Shown in pieces: positions 24,854 through 35,858 of a stretch of 64,000 nt of DNA; the first letter of the stretch is position 1; the number at the start of each line of letters is the position of its first letter. The translations under genes were made by a program, and so were the position numbers. The notes below the pieces were generated by a model, which did not search any database, was not told the DNA's origin, and was given only the letters and a program-made list of their open reading frames with translations. The stretch is from NCBI GenBank assembly GCA_040285825.1, contig JAUPSS010000010.1:680881-744880 (forward strand), read 5' to 3'. The DNA is from Eukaryota sp. TZLM1-RC. Lineage: Eukaryota > Protista > Metamonada: BaSk clade.

Positions 24854-25521
24854 ATGGAACTTTCACTTGCTGGACAGGAGCTCTCTGCTCTTCCTGACGA
24901 TTTCTTTGATCGTTATGGCGTTGACATCGAATCTCTTGACCTTACAGACAATTCAGTTTCAAATCTAGACCAGCTTTCTCGATTGTCCTCCCTCAAGGTA
25001 CTAGTCTTGGATAAGAATGGAATCACACCAACCACATCATTCCCAAAAATACCATCTCTCAAGACATTGTGGCTAAACGACAATCAATTAGACGATTTGG
25101 AAACGCTGATATCGTCCATCTGCGCCTCCTTCCCTCAACTCAACTATCTCTCTCTACTGAAAAACGAATGTTGTCCGGACATATTCCGTGGTGCTTCTGA
25201 GGCAGATTACCGTAGATACCGCATTTACATAATAAAGCGCCTCCCCTCTCTTCGCTTCCTGGATGCCTCTCCTGTGACTGAGACAGAACGCCAAGAAGCT
25301 GCTCGCATAGGTTCAGCGCTTCTAACACCCAAACGAAAACATCCCCAAACAGCTGCTCATCAACGAGATCCCTCCCTTGTTCCAGACGTTGATGACTCTC
25401 CTATTCCTTGTAAGTTTGGGGTTGCCAAGTATCAGTACACAGGACGACATAGTGAAGGTATTGTCGAATTTTGATATGATTAACTTTAGGAAATCGTTAT
25501 ATAACCAATTCTTGTCTGTAA
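24854..25521 (+). CDS. LRMDA/C10orf11-like leucine-rich repeat protein; intron 25458-25489
   Basis: LRRs, LRRcap DYRRYRIYIIKRLPSLRFLD. Splicing gives YQYTGRHSEG|NRYITNSCL, matching the LRMDA C-terminal YxGxxSEGNRFI motif. Confidence 0.85.
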
Positions 25522-25879
25522 ATACAAGTTTTTTTTAATTTATTGGTATCTGATGTTATAGGTTTATTGTTGATTTAATTATTGTTCAGGTTTTTTTGTA
25601 TTTTTAATAAATGTTGCTTGTTTTGTTTTTGTTTTGTGCTTTTGAATTTTCACAATGGTCAACAATTACTTTATGTCCTTCCACTTGACATGAGTTTTCT
25701 GCTTCTTCTTGTCTAGGTTCTGGAATGGTCAAATGTCAATTATTCAAGAAATGACTTTCTTACTACAAAAAATTATTATTATTACTTTATTTTTATTTTT
25801 TATTTCAGAACCTAATCAAAAACCGAATCAACAGTTGCAATCAACAATTTACCGTGCATGAACAACTGAAACAGATAAT

Positions 25880-26460
25880 GTTTCTTTTTGCAAATAATAC
25901 AATTGGTTATTTTAGATCAAGATCTTCACTCAATGTTGTTCAAAGAGGTGTATGAAAGAATAAGACACGCCATGGTTGGTTCATCACTATTTGTCACCAC
26001 TCTGCCTCCACCAACTGGGTTATCCACTGCCAAGGATGCTTTTGAATCAAAAATGAGGTTCAATTCAAATATTGAAGTTGACCATGTACTAAAAGCGACA
26101 AGCTGTACGGTTTCGAGTGGTTTTTGACTCACCTGGGCATGCAATCATGTATTCGAACTAAACATGGTGCAAAGAAGAGGTATAAAGGCTTCTTGAAGGC
26201 GAGAAATTCAGAAGCCTTTCATGTCCTAAAATCAAAAATTGGCAGAGATTCTGTCACCAGTCAATATTGGTTCTGAAGACCGAGAAAATAAAGGATGATT
26301 GGATTTAATAACACTAAACGCATTGGTTGACTATGATTCTTTCAATGTTCAACTTTTCTTCAGAGAAGAAAATTAAATCATAAAGATGTACTCGCACTCA
26401 AAGCAAAAGAGAAAGATGAAAAATTTAAAAATAAAACGGTTGACTGATGTTGAAGAATCC
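25880..26460 (+). mobile_element. Highly decayed family A LINE fragment
   Basis: LDQDLHSMLF..SSLFVT..AFESKMR homologous to 16290-16430. Confidence 0.6.
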
Positions 26461-26557
26461 AATACCAATAAAAATTCACTACATGTTTTCATGGTTTCAA
26501 TTTGAAACTTTCAAATGAATCTACAATCTTGGAGAATTTCTTTGATTCAATTCTCTC

Positions 26558-28044
26558 ATGTTACGTTCACTGCTGTTTATTCTTCTGCTGACGCTTTCGT
26601 TTGCCCTCAACCAATGGCATCATGACCTTTACCTTGATGCCACCCAATCCTTTGCATCTCGTTACTTCAATGCTGAAAATTGGCTCTTGTTCGAACAAAG
26701 ACTTGATCACTTCAGTGGCCAGGAGGAGGCAACCTGGATGCAGCGATACTGCTACAATTTAGCTAAAGGTTTCAAAAATGGCCAGCCAATTTTTGTCTAC
26801 ATTGGTATGTCATCTCATGCTCTACCTAACAGTAGGTGGTGAAAGTAGAATGAGAGATAACACCTGTGATAATGGTTACATTCCTGAATTAGCAAAAAAA
26901 CTACAGGGTGCCGTCTTTGCTCTTGAACACAGATTCTATGGTGAATCTTATCCGTTACCTGATCTTACTACCGAATCACTTGAATATTTATCCTCCAAGC
27001 AGGCTCTATTCGATCTGGCCTACTTTACACAGAACATCAAGAACAAGTTTCCTGATTCCCCTGTGATCATCGTTGGTGGTAGTTATCCTGGTATGTTTTT
27101 AACTGTTCTTCGCACCTCACCTCAGGAAATCTTGCAGCATGGTCTCGCCAGATGTTCCCCCACTTGTACGCCGGTGCTTGGTCTTCTTCCGCTCCTGTTC
27201 TCGCCAAGGAAGACTTTTACGAATATGATATGCAAGTTCGCAACTCTTTGTCTCTTGGATGTATGTAGTCATTATCTTTCTCCTTACCCCAGGTCAAATC
27301 AATGTAGGTCTTGCTACTGGAAAGATTGAAAAGCTTTTGGACAACCCTGAAACAGCCAGGCTGATCAAGAGAAGATTCAGAGCTGAAAACATTTCTGACA
27401 ATATTGAGTTCCTCTACGTTTTGGCTGATGCTACCGCCTTTGCCGTCCAGTACAACTACATCACTGCCATGTGCAACCGTCTTGAATCCGCTCATGACGT
27501 TGTTGAAGGTTTCCAAGACTTCTTTGAATGGCTCATGGACTTTTTAGACACCACCCCTTATGAATGGACTACTTCCTCTCACACTGATACAAAGAAGGAC
27601 ACTCATGGCAATGTTCGTCAATGGATGTACCAATCTTGTAATGAGTTTGGCTACTGGCAAATTGCAAACCCAGAAAACCCCATGAGGTCCAAGCAAATTG
27701 ATGTTGGTTACCACCGTCGTCTCTGTAAAAAGTTGTTCAACAAGGGACATTTCATTCCAGACATCAATGGCACTAATACTTACTATGGAGGTCTCGGCTA
27801 TGGTGGCTACAATACTGCTTTTGCTAACGGTTCTCTTGATCCATGGAAGCACTTGGGTATCCGTCCCGAACGCCTAACCCCTCAAATGGAAAACCGACAC
27901 TGTGGAGCTGTTGAGATTGAAAAGGAAGCCCATTGTGCTGATCTACATGCTTCTTCCTCTAATGATTCAGAAGCTTTGAAAAAGGGAAGAGAATTCATGG
28001 TTGAACATGTTATGAAATTCTTGGATGAGTTTTATAATCAATAG
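26558..28044 (+). CDS. Secreted serine carboxypeptidase S28; introns 26805-26835, 27091-27125, 27261-27292
   Basis: Signal peptide, QRLDHF, PIFVYIG|GE, LEHRFYGES, GGSYPG|NLAAW, QSCNEFGYWQ, NGSLDPW, AHCADL. The three introns restore the frame. Confidence 0.93.
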
Positions 28045-28529
28045 GTGTTGTTCAGTTTATGTTGTTTTATAAAATTGTTTATCGTTTTTACCATTCAAAA
28101 AGAATTCAAGCTGCTATATATAATAGATGACACGGTTTCTCCATCCAATTAGTGCCATTATGGCGAGAAAATATGGAGATTGGTTTTTTGTAGAGGAAGT
28201 GTTGATTCGTCGAAATTTGTCGCATCAGTTATGAGTTTATTTTGTTAAGTGTTTTATTTCAACAAAATTTGATTTTTCAAAAGTGATGATCGTCACAAAA
28301 ATAAACATAAGAAGCCGATTGATTTTTTTGGCTGATTTGGGACATGAAGATTTATATTTTAATTTTGTTGTTTAATTTCTTGGTGGAATCAATTTTTAAA
28401 TTATGAAATAAAAATTTAACAAAAATAGCACATTTCTTGTTGTGATTAATATCTTCTATTGTATCGATTTGAATATTTTTCCAATTCTTTAAATATTTAT
28501 AACATATTGTTTTTCACACAGAATTGTCT

Positions 28530-29190
28530 CCCATTTAGAACCATACTCTCTCGTTTTGTTGAAGAAGATACTTGGAATTCTTTTGGTCGAAAAAGAGGCT
28601 ATTTAATGCTTAGATGTCTTGAAGAAACGAGCATTATTCCATATGTGAAATCAGCTGTTGTATCTTATGATTTATTGCTATCGTTAGCACAATTAAAATA
28701 TATCTGACCTGTTGTCGATAAAATTGAAATTGATACATATAATTTATATGCATATAAAGCACAGTTGCTGTTTTTGGCACCTTAAATAATAAATAAAATA
28801 AGGCTTAAATATAATAAGCGCAAAATGAATCAACTTTACTTCATTCACATCACTCCAATTCTTCAACTCAAGGTAACACTATTCTTGAATTCCGAATCGC
28901 ATACTCAGTATGTCTTTTGTATGTTTATATTTTCGCTACATTGTTCACTTGGACCAGTTTCTTTGTCTATCTTGGATGAGTTTATAGAAATTGTGAACCA
29001 GCGAGAACTTTTTAGAAAGCAGTTTCGGCAAAGCAGAATTGTTTCATCCATATTTAAAGGTGCTGTCCCCTTGTTGTCTTCTGCTCTCCTATCTTTTGGT
29101 AGGTTTTATGAATAAATAACTTTGAGTCATTTCTTTTCGGATGATATGGGAATTGGAGATAGAAAACTTTGTTGTTTGGTTATTTATTGG
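28530..29190 (+). mobile_element. Decayed CRE-clade LINE 3' fragment, family F
   Basis: SFGRKRG, FRQSRIVSSIFKGAVPLLSSALLSFGRFYE. Homologous to 39410-39950. Confidence 0.65.
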
Positions 29191-29199
29191 AATTAATAT

Positions 29200-29790
29200 A
29201 AATAGAGGCATTTATTGAGCCACTAGTATGTAAGCTGTCTTCAGATCACACTGATGATTCCTTTGGTAAAAGAAGGGCAGATTTAGTAGTTCCAGGGATC
29301 GATGGTGTTCTTAATGTTGTAGATGTTGTCTCAGTTGATGTTTGCAAAATTCTGCTGCTCGTTTAGTGTATTACGCTGATTCGCCGTTATCTAACAAAAA
29401 AAACCGAAAAAAAAAGAAGATAAAAAAATATGAAGAACCTTTGGCACAGTTAGATAGAGTGGAACATGTGAAATATCAGTTTGTGCCGTTTGCAATTTCT
29501 CTTTTTGGCAATATTGGACCTTCGGGGTTGCACTTTTTTGAAAATTTTAAAAAGGTGTTACTGAATAGGTCTGGTAAAACAATGAACTCCACTTTCTGGT
29601 TAAATAGAATTGTTGGTTGCATTTTCAAGTCCATTCCAACAATGATTTCAAAGGCACTTTTAGCTATTCTTGTAGAATATGAACGTAATGCTGTGAATAG
29701 GTTCAGTAATAGTGACGCTTGTTTGGAGGATATTGAATTCTAGGTGGGTTTTTTTATCTCAATAAATATTCCAGTTAATAAAAAAAAGTA
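29200..29790 (+). mobile_element. Family B LINE 3' end with poly(A)
   Basis: FGKRRADLVVPGIDG, FVPFAISLFG, AATAAA + A-tail at ~29761-29787. Confidence 0.85.
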
Positions 29791-29955
29791 ACTCTATAAA
29801 TAAAGTTTTAATGAGCAACATCTTATTCCTTTGAACTCCGATCGAAAGTAGTCTGTCAAGTTTTTCCGGTCATCACCAGAACTAATTGGGCAAGGAAAAA
29901 ATGAAGATCGATCTAGTTAGGGTTCATGTTCAATTTTCATGATAAGTGTTAAAAA

Positions 29956-30026
29956 TGCGTCCGCCGGGAATCGAACCCGGGTCACAACGATGGCAACGTC
30001 GTATTCTACCACTAAACCACGAACGC
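29956..30026 (-). tRNA. tRNA-Gly (GCC)
   Basis: GCGTTCG acceptor, anticodon arm CGACG-TTGCCAT-CGTTG, T-loop GGTTCGATTCC, immediately followed by TTTTT terminator. Confidence 0.97.
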
Positions 30027-30036
30027 TATTGCGTTG

Positions 30037-30410
30037 CTGTGTTCGAGGAAAAATTGGGTGGAAAAGGTGGGATTTTGGAAATTTTTTCGAAACAATCCCA
30101 ATTCTATTTGTACCACTGTTTTTCCATACCTGAAACTACAGCATATGTAAGGTAAGCTGGCTAAGGTTTTTGGCGGTACATTTGTTGTTATAATTATGCA
30201 AAACATATAAAGTATAAATTAATTCATTACATTTGTTTAATTACTAGTGGGTGTGTTCCTGATCTCTGACACTTCAATAAAAAGGTGGGTCCATTTGAGT
30301 TCAAATTCACAAGCGGAAGAAACAATATTGAAATACATCACATCCCATGATTATTTGCACCCAATTTATTTATTCCCACTGTTTTTCAACCCACTTTTCC
30401 TCGAACACGG
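30037..30410. mobile_element. MITE-like element (374 bp) with ~40-bp imperfect TIRs
   Basis: CTGTGTTCGAGGAAAAATTGGGTGGAAAAGGTGGGA (from 30037) vs reverse complement of TCCCACTGTTTTTCAACCCACTTTTCCTCGAACACGG (to 30410). Flanks TG / TA. Confidence 0.75.
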
Positions 30411-31480
30411 TAGAAAAATACATTGGGTGAATTTACAACACTTTGGAAAATTCGCCATATTGTATGGGTCCAAAATTTCTTTAAGAACATACTTCCTTTA
30501 CAACAACACGAACCTTCGGGAGCCTCTTCTTTCTTGGTTCAACACCATACCATACATTGGCTGTCACTCTATTTAACTTCTTGGTTGGGTAAGCGCAAAG
30601 GTACATCACCCTTTGTTCTCTCCGAAAAGTGAATTTTAATCAAAAGAATAGAACCTTCATTTTTTCGTTGCAGATTAACAAATCAAAATTTTCTCGAGCA
30701 AGCCTTGACGCATACCTTCAAACAACATAGACTCAAATCTAACGCTAGTTTGAAGCCTGCTTTTGTTTTCTTTTTCCACATCGGTCGTCAACCATTTTAT
30801 CTAAACACACAACACAAATAATTTTGGAAAACCCATATTTATTTTTCAGAACAAAAGTCAATGACTACACCATGTCGTCTAATGGTGATAGTGTACGTTT
30901 AACTTTCACACCCCACCCAAAAGCAACACAAGTGAGATTGTCTGGAGAAGCCTTGGGTGATGAGAGACCCAGAGGGGTATTTGGTTACTATGAAACCACT
31001 CGGAATAGAAAACGAACCCTGTAAGCCAAAATTAAAGGGTCACGACCTCTCCAGAAACCAAAAACTATTGAGTTGCAGGCCTTTGATGATGAAACGGAAA
31101 CATTGTTCTAAGCCATCAATCCCAACGACTTTAATCTATGTAATTCCAGCATTGGAACACGTTCAAGGCCGACCGTGTCCAATATCTTTTTGGAACCAAA
31201 CCAACGAAAAATCAATCACTCCGCTTCACTAACCCACTCATCAATAGATGTTTGTGACGTGCAGAAATTGAACCATTATCTGCTTGAAGCATCAACTACC
31301 GGTGACTACAGTGACCATGAAGGTAATAACATAAGACGATTTTTGCAAAACAGCAATTATATCTGAATGTTCGAAAAGCATTGAGAAAAAACACACTTGC
31401 CTTCTTTATAAGAAAACAGAAGAGATTAACCGCAATTATCAACAAAGTGAAAAAATTTGCAGACGTACATTCAGATAAAT
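30411..31480 (+). pseudogene. Fanzor1-like relic, truncated after the bridge helix (tandem paralog of 31750-33629)
   Basis: FKQHRLKSNASLKPAFV, QIILENPYLFF, DYTMSSNGDSVRLTF (30863-30907), LF*AINPNDFNL (31103-31138), RKALRKNTLAFFIRKQKRLTAIINKVKK (from 31372). All collinear with the downstream copy. The start coordinate is approximate. Confidence 0.75.
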
Positions 31481-31749
31481 CTGATGTAAAAATGTACAAT
31501 CAAAATTGCTGAAATATTAATGAACTCATTGAATTTATTGGTTCTGCTGGTCAAATAAACTACTACTGTTTTCAAAAACAACTTTATCAATTTTGACTCT
31601 TTAAAAAAGAGAATGGTCAAAGCAGTTTGAAAATCATTTACTAAAGTGTCTTTATAACTATTGGTATAGACTTCTCTTTTTTATGGATGCAGAAAATTGT
31701 AGGTAAACAAAAAATTTATTGGTGACTCACTGATCTATTCTAAATTGTC

Positions 31750-33629
31750 ACGCCCACTACACTAAAGACTACGACAGTGGATGCATCTGTTAATAATTTC
31801 TCCTTTCCTGTAATCCAGTCGTCACTGGAGAGTCAGCTTATCAATAAGCAACGTATTGCAGTATGTGCTACCAGGCTGGCTCAACTGTTTACCCTGCAGC
31901 GCCCGTAACCTGAGCATTTGGCTCACACAGCAGCAGTTCTCGGTGCCTCAGAACCGACGTCCCTTCGTTAGGGAGGGTGTTGTTGACGACACTCTCTTTA
32001 TTCTGTCGTCACGCCCGAGCTGGCCTTTTCCACCACCGTGTTCATCAAGCCGCCGTACTGGAGGCCCAGAGGTTCACCCATAGCTACTATTCTTCTTTTG
32101 TTTCTGCGACTGCCCGTCGCTTTGCGGAAGCCCACTGCCGTCTTTTGACAGAGGGACCGGTATGCTGGAAACAAAACTTTTTTTTGCAACGTGCCCCCGT
32201 TGCTTTGGGTGTCTAGCACCCAAAACATATGCCTCCTGTGTCTTGCCCCGAACAACATTCTCACCTAGAGTTGCCGCCTTTGCCAACCACTGGCATGTGT
32301 TTATCCGCGCCAGATGGGGAGCTCTACTGGACATCAGTGGTGATGTCCCCGACAATGATCACCAGCGCCCTTTGAGCGTATATTTTTAGCACCTGTTATG
32401 GATCTATCCAATGAGGTTGCTGCTTTTGTCCTCCACTGTCGCTTGACTATACTGTCATTCCTGTAAAGTCTCGCCCGACAGTTTGAGAAGACATGCCTTG
32501 TCTCCCCTCGCGAGTTATGTCACATGCTCTGTGAACGTAAACAAACAAACCCCCACGCCTCTTCTTCTAAAAACCATGGCGGTCAGCTCCTGGTGTCCCC
32601 TTACCGCTACTTTGGTCTTTCTTGGGACAGATACCCAGAGTACTCTGTAGCCACTGATGGTGTGAGCTTGCCTTTTGCTTTTTCACTCACCGGCTTTTTC
32701 AAGCAAACTCATAAAAGGCGCACCAAAACAGAGATGAAGGAAGCTCAAGCTGCAGATAAAGTGCAAGACTTCCACTGCGCTCAAATCAAGCGTTCCAAGA
32801 CAATGTAGCAGAAAGTCACCAGCCCCAGAAGACCAGAGATGATTCAAAGTCAGCAACAAAGGCCCCACCAGAATGCCAACTCTTTCTTTGTGGCCATGGA
32901 CCCCAACCGCAGTAATTTAGTGGGTTGAACAGCTGGTCAAACTTGTGGACCACTCAGATCAGGCATTGTCCTATCACCGAAGCCTCGCTCCATGACAACT
33001 ACCCCTTCGTTGAGCCGATTGAGTCCAAATTGTTATTCCGTTCAGGTCTATTATCAGCATCTGATTACAATGTCAACAAAGTTGGTCGATGTTACTCAAC
33101 CTACTGAAATGGAACAGTGGCTTTTAGTGGATCCTTAAAGAGACAACACTGAAAGACAAAGCTTTCTGGACCACCATCTACATCAAGGAGAAAGAAAAGC
33201 AATATCCCGTAATCACTTCGACTTTTTCATCCGTTGCCAAAAGAGATTCAGCCACTTTGTCCAGAAAATCAAAAACATGGCTAAAAATCGTGAAGTGTTT
33301 ATTTGGTTTGAAAAAGGAGGTGATGGACAATCCCGTCAAAGAGTGAAAACGCCAAGAAAGTGTTTTCTGAAGTATCTCAAGGCTGGATTTCCAACTGTGA
33401 AGGATGGAGATGAATACTATACATCTGCCAAAATGAACAAATGCAAAGTTTTCCATGATGACCTTTACTTCATAGAGAATGAAGAAAAGAAAAGTCAAAA
33501 GTCTATTTTGCATGTTCAGAATGTGGGATGGTTTGGTCAAGAGATATATCTGCATCCAGAAACCAGTGAAAAATTACAGTAAGCGAGTACTCTTTGAACA
33601 CTAGACCTCCAGCTTTTGGAAAATCTTGA
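31750..33629 (+). pseudogene. Near full-length Fanzor1 (eukaryotic TnpB-like RNA-guided RuvC nuclease), multiply disrupted
   Basis: HALSPLASYV, EYSVATDGVSL, RuvC-I FFVAMDPNRSNLV (32884-32922), FDFFIRCQKRFSHFVQKIK, VFIWFEKGG..KTPRK, RuvC-II GDEYYTSAK..KC (E 33412), CSECGMVWSRDISASRN (33513-33563), RPPAF, stop 33627-33629. About 626 codons. Confidence 0.88.
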
Positions 33630-33730
33630 TAAGAGTCTTCAAATCCAACGTATTTTGATCTAAGCCAATCATCTCCAAATGGTTAAGTTTAGACATGTGG
33701 ATGTGGTTGAAGTGTTGGAAATTTATATTT
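33608..33730 (+). ncRNA. Candidate omegaRNA scaffold (and downstream guide) of the Fanzor
   Basis: Small hairpin TCCA-GCTTT-TGGA (33608-33620), then nested stems CTTCAA/TTGAAG, TCCA/TGGA, TCTAAGC/GTTTAGA, AATCAT/ATGGTT (33637-33712) directly after the stop codon. Confidence 0.5.
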
Positions 33731-33739
33731 CAGATAAAC

Positions 33740-34330
33740 AAATAAGTTTTATTACTTGAACAGTCACATTTTACAACTCAACAACAAACCTTAACTAATA
33801 CTTTTTCTACTACGAACCCCATCCACTAAATGATGGGAGATATTCGCTATTCACTTTTATAGGAACTCGATTGTTATAAAACTCCGTAATATTATTCAAA
33901 ATGGAGTTAATATAATGAGGAAGAGCTTTAAATAACGAAAATACGATTCTGTTCTTCCAAATCAGAAAATCAAATGTGCGACCACTTTCTTTGAGAAGTT
34001 TTCCTAAATCATCTAAAAAAGGAAGACCTTCACTTCCAATGGTACCAAAAACTGATATAGAAATTGGAACAAATCTGATGTTTCTACCTCTTGTTCGATT
34101 GAGACGTTGAAGAAGAACTTCGTATTTTTATTTCTTGGAATGTTCTGCAACTTTAAGTAAATGGTGAATATCAGAATTAAAACTCATTTTCCATGGAAAA
34201 ATGGTGGTACAATCGATTATTAGTTCGGTTCCATCATAGCAAGCACATCGAATGTCACCTCGTTTTTGGCTCAAACTGAAATTTAATTCATCAAACAGTG
34301 GTTCAAAGCAGACTGGGTGATGAAGAATAA
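33740..34330 (-). mobile_element. CRE-clade LINE 3' fragment (RLE), family G
   Basis: CFEPLF..KRGDIRCACYDGTELIIDC..RFVPISISVFGTIG..LIWKNRIVFSLFK on the minus strand. AATAAA near 33750. Confidence 0.75.
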
Positions 34331-34398
34331 AGAATCAGATACAGAATGCATTTCCAGTGAAAACCACCTGACAGAGAGGAATTCCCACACCTACAAAC

Positions 34399-35382
34399 AT
34401 GCCTACCCAAGACAATGACACCTACTATTATGACTCATATGGTACCTATCATATCCATGAAGAAATGCTTTCAGACCGCATCCGTACAAAGGCCTACATG
34501 AACTGGATTTACCGAAACAAAGACCTCTTGAAGGACAAGGTTGTGCTCGACGTTGGCTGTGGTACCTCCATACTGTCCCTTTTCTGTGCCAAGGCTGGTG
34601 CCAGGAAAGTTTACGCTGTTGACGCCAGTGCAATAGTCCACACTGCTCGCAAGATTGTTGAAATAAACAATCTTTCAGACGTTGTTGAGGTCATTGAAGG
34701 CAAAATAGAAGAAATTGAACTACCAGAAAAGGTAGACATAATCATTAGTGAATGGATGGGCTACTTTTTGTATTACGAATCTATGCTCAATTCCGTCCTC
34801 GTAGCCCGTGACCGCTTCCTCAAAGAAGATGGTATAATGGCTCCTAATAAGACTGTAATCAAAATTGCTGGTATTGAAGATGCTGAATTCAAGGAAGATA
34901 AACTTAACTTTTGGAAGAATGTCTATGGTTTTGATATGGGCTTCCTTTCTGAAAGCTTTTTAAATGAACCTCTTGTAGATTATGCTCCTGCTGAAGCTTT
35001 GGTTACTGACTTTGCAGTGGTAGATGAATGTGATATAGACACTGTTGTCAATGGTGAATGTGGCGCTTATAAGAGTAAATTTAAACTCAACGTTACCAGG
35101 GACGATGTTCTCCACGCTCTTGTTGCACATTTTGATGTAGGTTTCACCCATGGCCATTCTTTATGGTTTAGCACCTCCCCTGAATCCCCCAATACTCATT
35201 GGAAACAAACAGTTCTTTACCTTAAAGATGATATTGTGGTTTATGAAGGTGATGTTGTTGAAGGTGAGATTGAGGTATTACCAAATTCTTTAAATCCAAG
35301 AGAGCTTGACATTAAATTGACTTATAAATATAGCGGAAAGGGGAGTGTTGTGGAAAATCACCAGTTTTTCAGACTTCAGTAG
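34399..35382 (+). CDS. PRMT1: Protein arginine N-methyltransferase (PRMT1/Hmt1-like)
   Basis: YYYDSY..IHEEML, VLDVGCG, SEWMGYFL.YESML double-E loop, THWKQT. Confidence 0.93.
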   Translation: MPTQDNDTYYYDSYGTYHIHEEMLSDRIRTKAYMNWIYRNKDLLKDKVVLDVGCGTSILSLFCAKAGARKVYAVDASAIVHTARKIVEINNLSDVVEVIEGKIEEIELPEKVDIIISEWMGYFLYYESMLNSVLVARDRFLKEDGIMAPNKTVIKIAGIEDAEFKEDKLNFWKNVYGFDMGFLSESFLNEPLVDYAPAEALVTDFAVVDECDIDTVVNGECGAYKSKFKLNVTRDDVLHALVAHFDVGFTHGHSLWFSTSPESPNTHWKQTVLYLKDDIVVYEGDVVEGEIEVLPNSLNPRELDIKLTYKYSGKGSVVENHQFFRLQ

Positions 35383-35858
35383 TTTCTAAGTTAATAATTG
35401 CTTCTTTTTTTAAGTTAATTTATTTGAATTGATCAGATTTTACTCATTTTTATTAAAAATCTATGTTTTGTTCTTGTTAGTCACTTTTGTATTTGTTTAT
35501 ATGTTTTTTAATGTCAACAGTTTCCACCGCAGAAGTTGTCGACTTTCTTATTTCTAATATCAACCAACTATATTACTTAGTGTTGCTTATCATATTGTCC
35601 CTGGTTTCAAATTACATCGAATAAACTTCCGAAATATACACAAAATTCATTAGGAATGACTTGAACTGGTAACCAGAGTCGTTGAATCTGCGATTGATTG
35701 ATTGTCCCTTTATTGTTCAGAGCAAGGCTGAGGAAGAAGTGACATGAGCATACTTGGAATAACCAGACACAAGAGAACCAACACGACATTTTTTCTTGAC
35801 AAGACAATTTCGATCACGTTAACCAAAACAAACTGATCTCCAATTGGGACAGTATTCA

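Noticed and set aside
30824-33629. Alternative genetic code (stop read-through) to explain in-frame stops in the Fanzors
   Set aside because: TAA, TAG and TGA all terminate conserved genes in this window, and the relics also contain indels.
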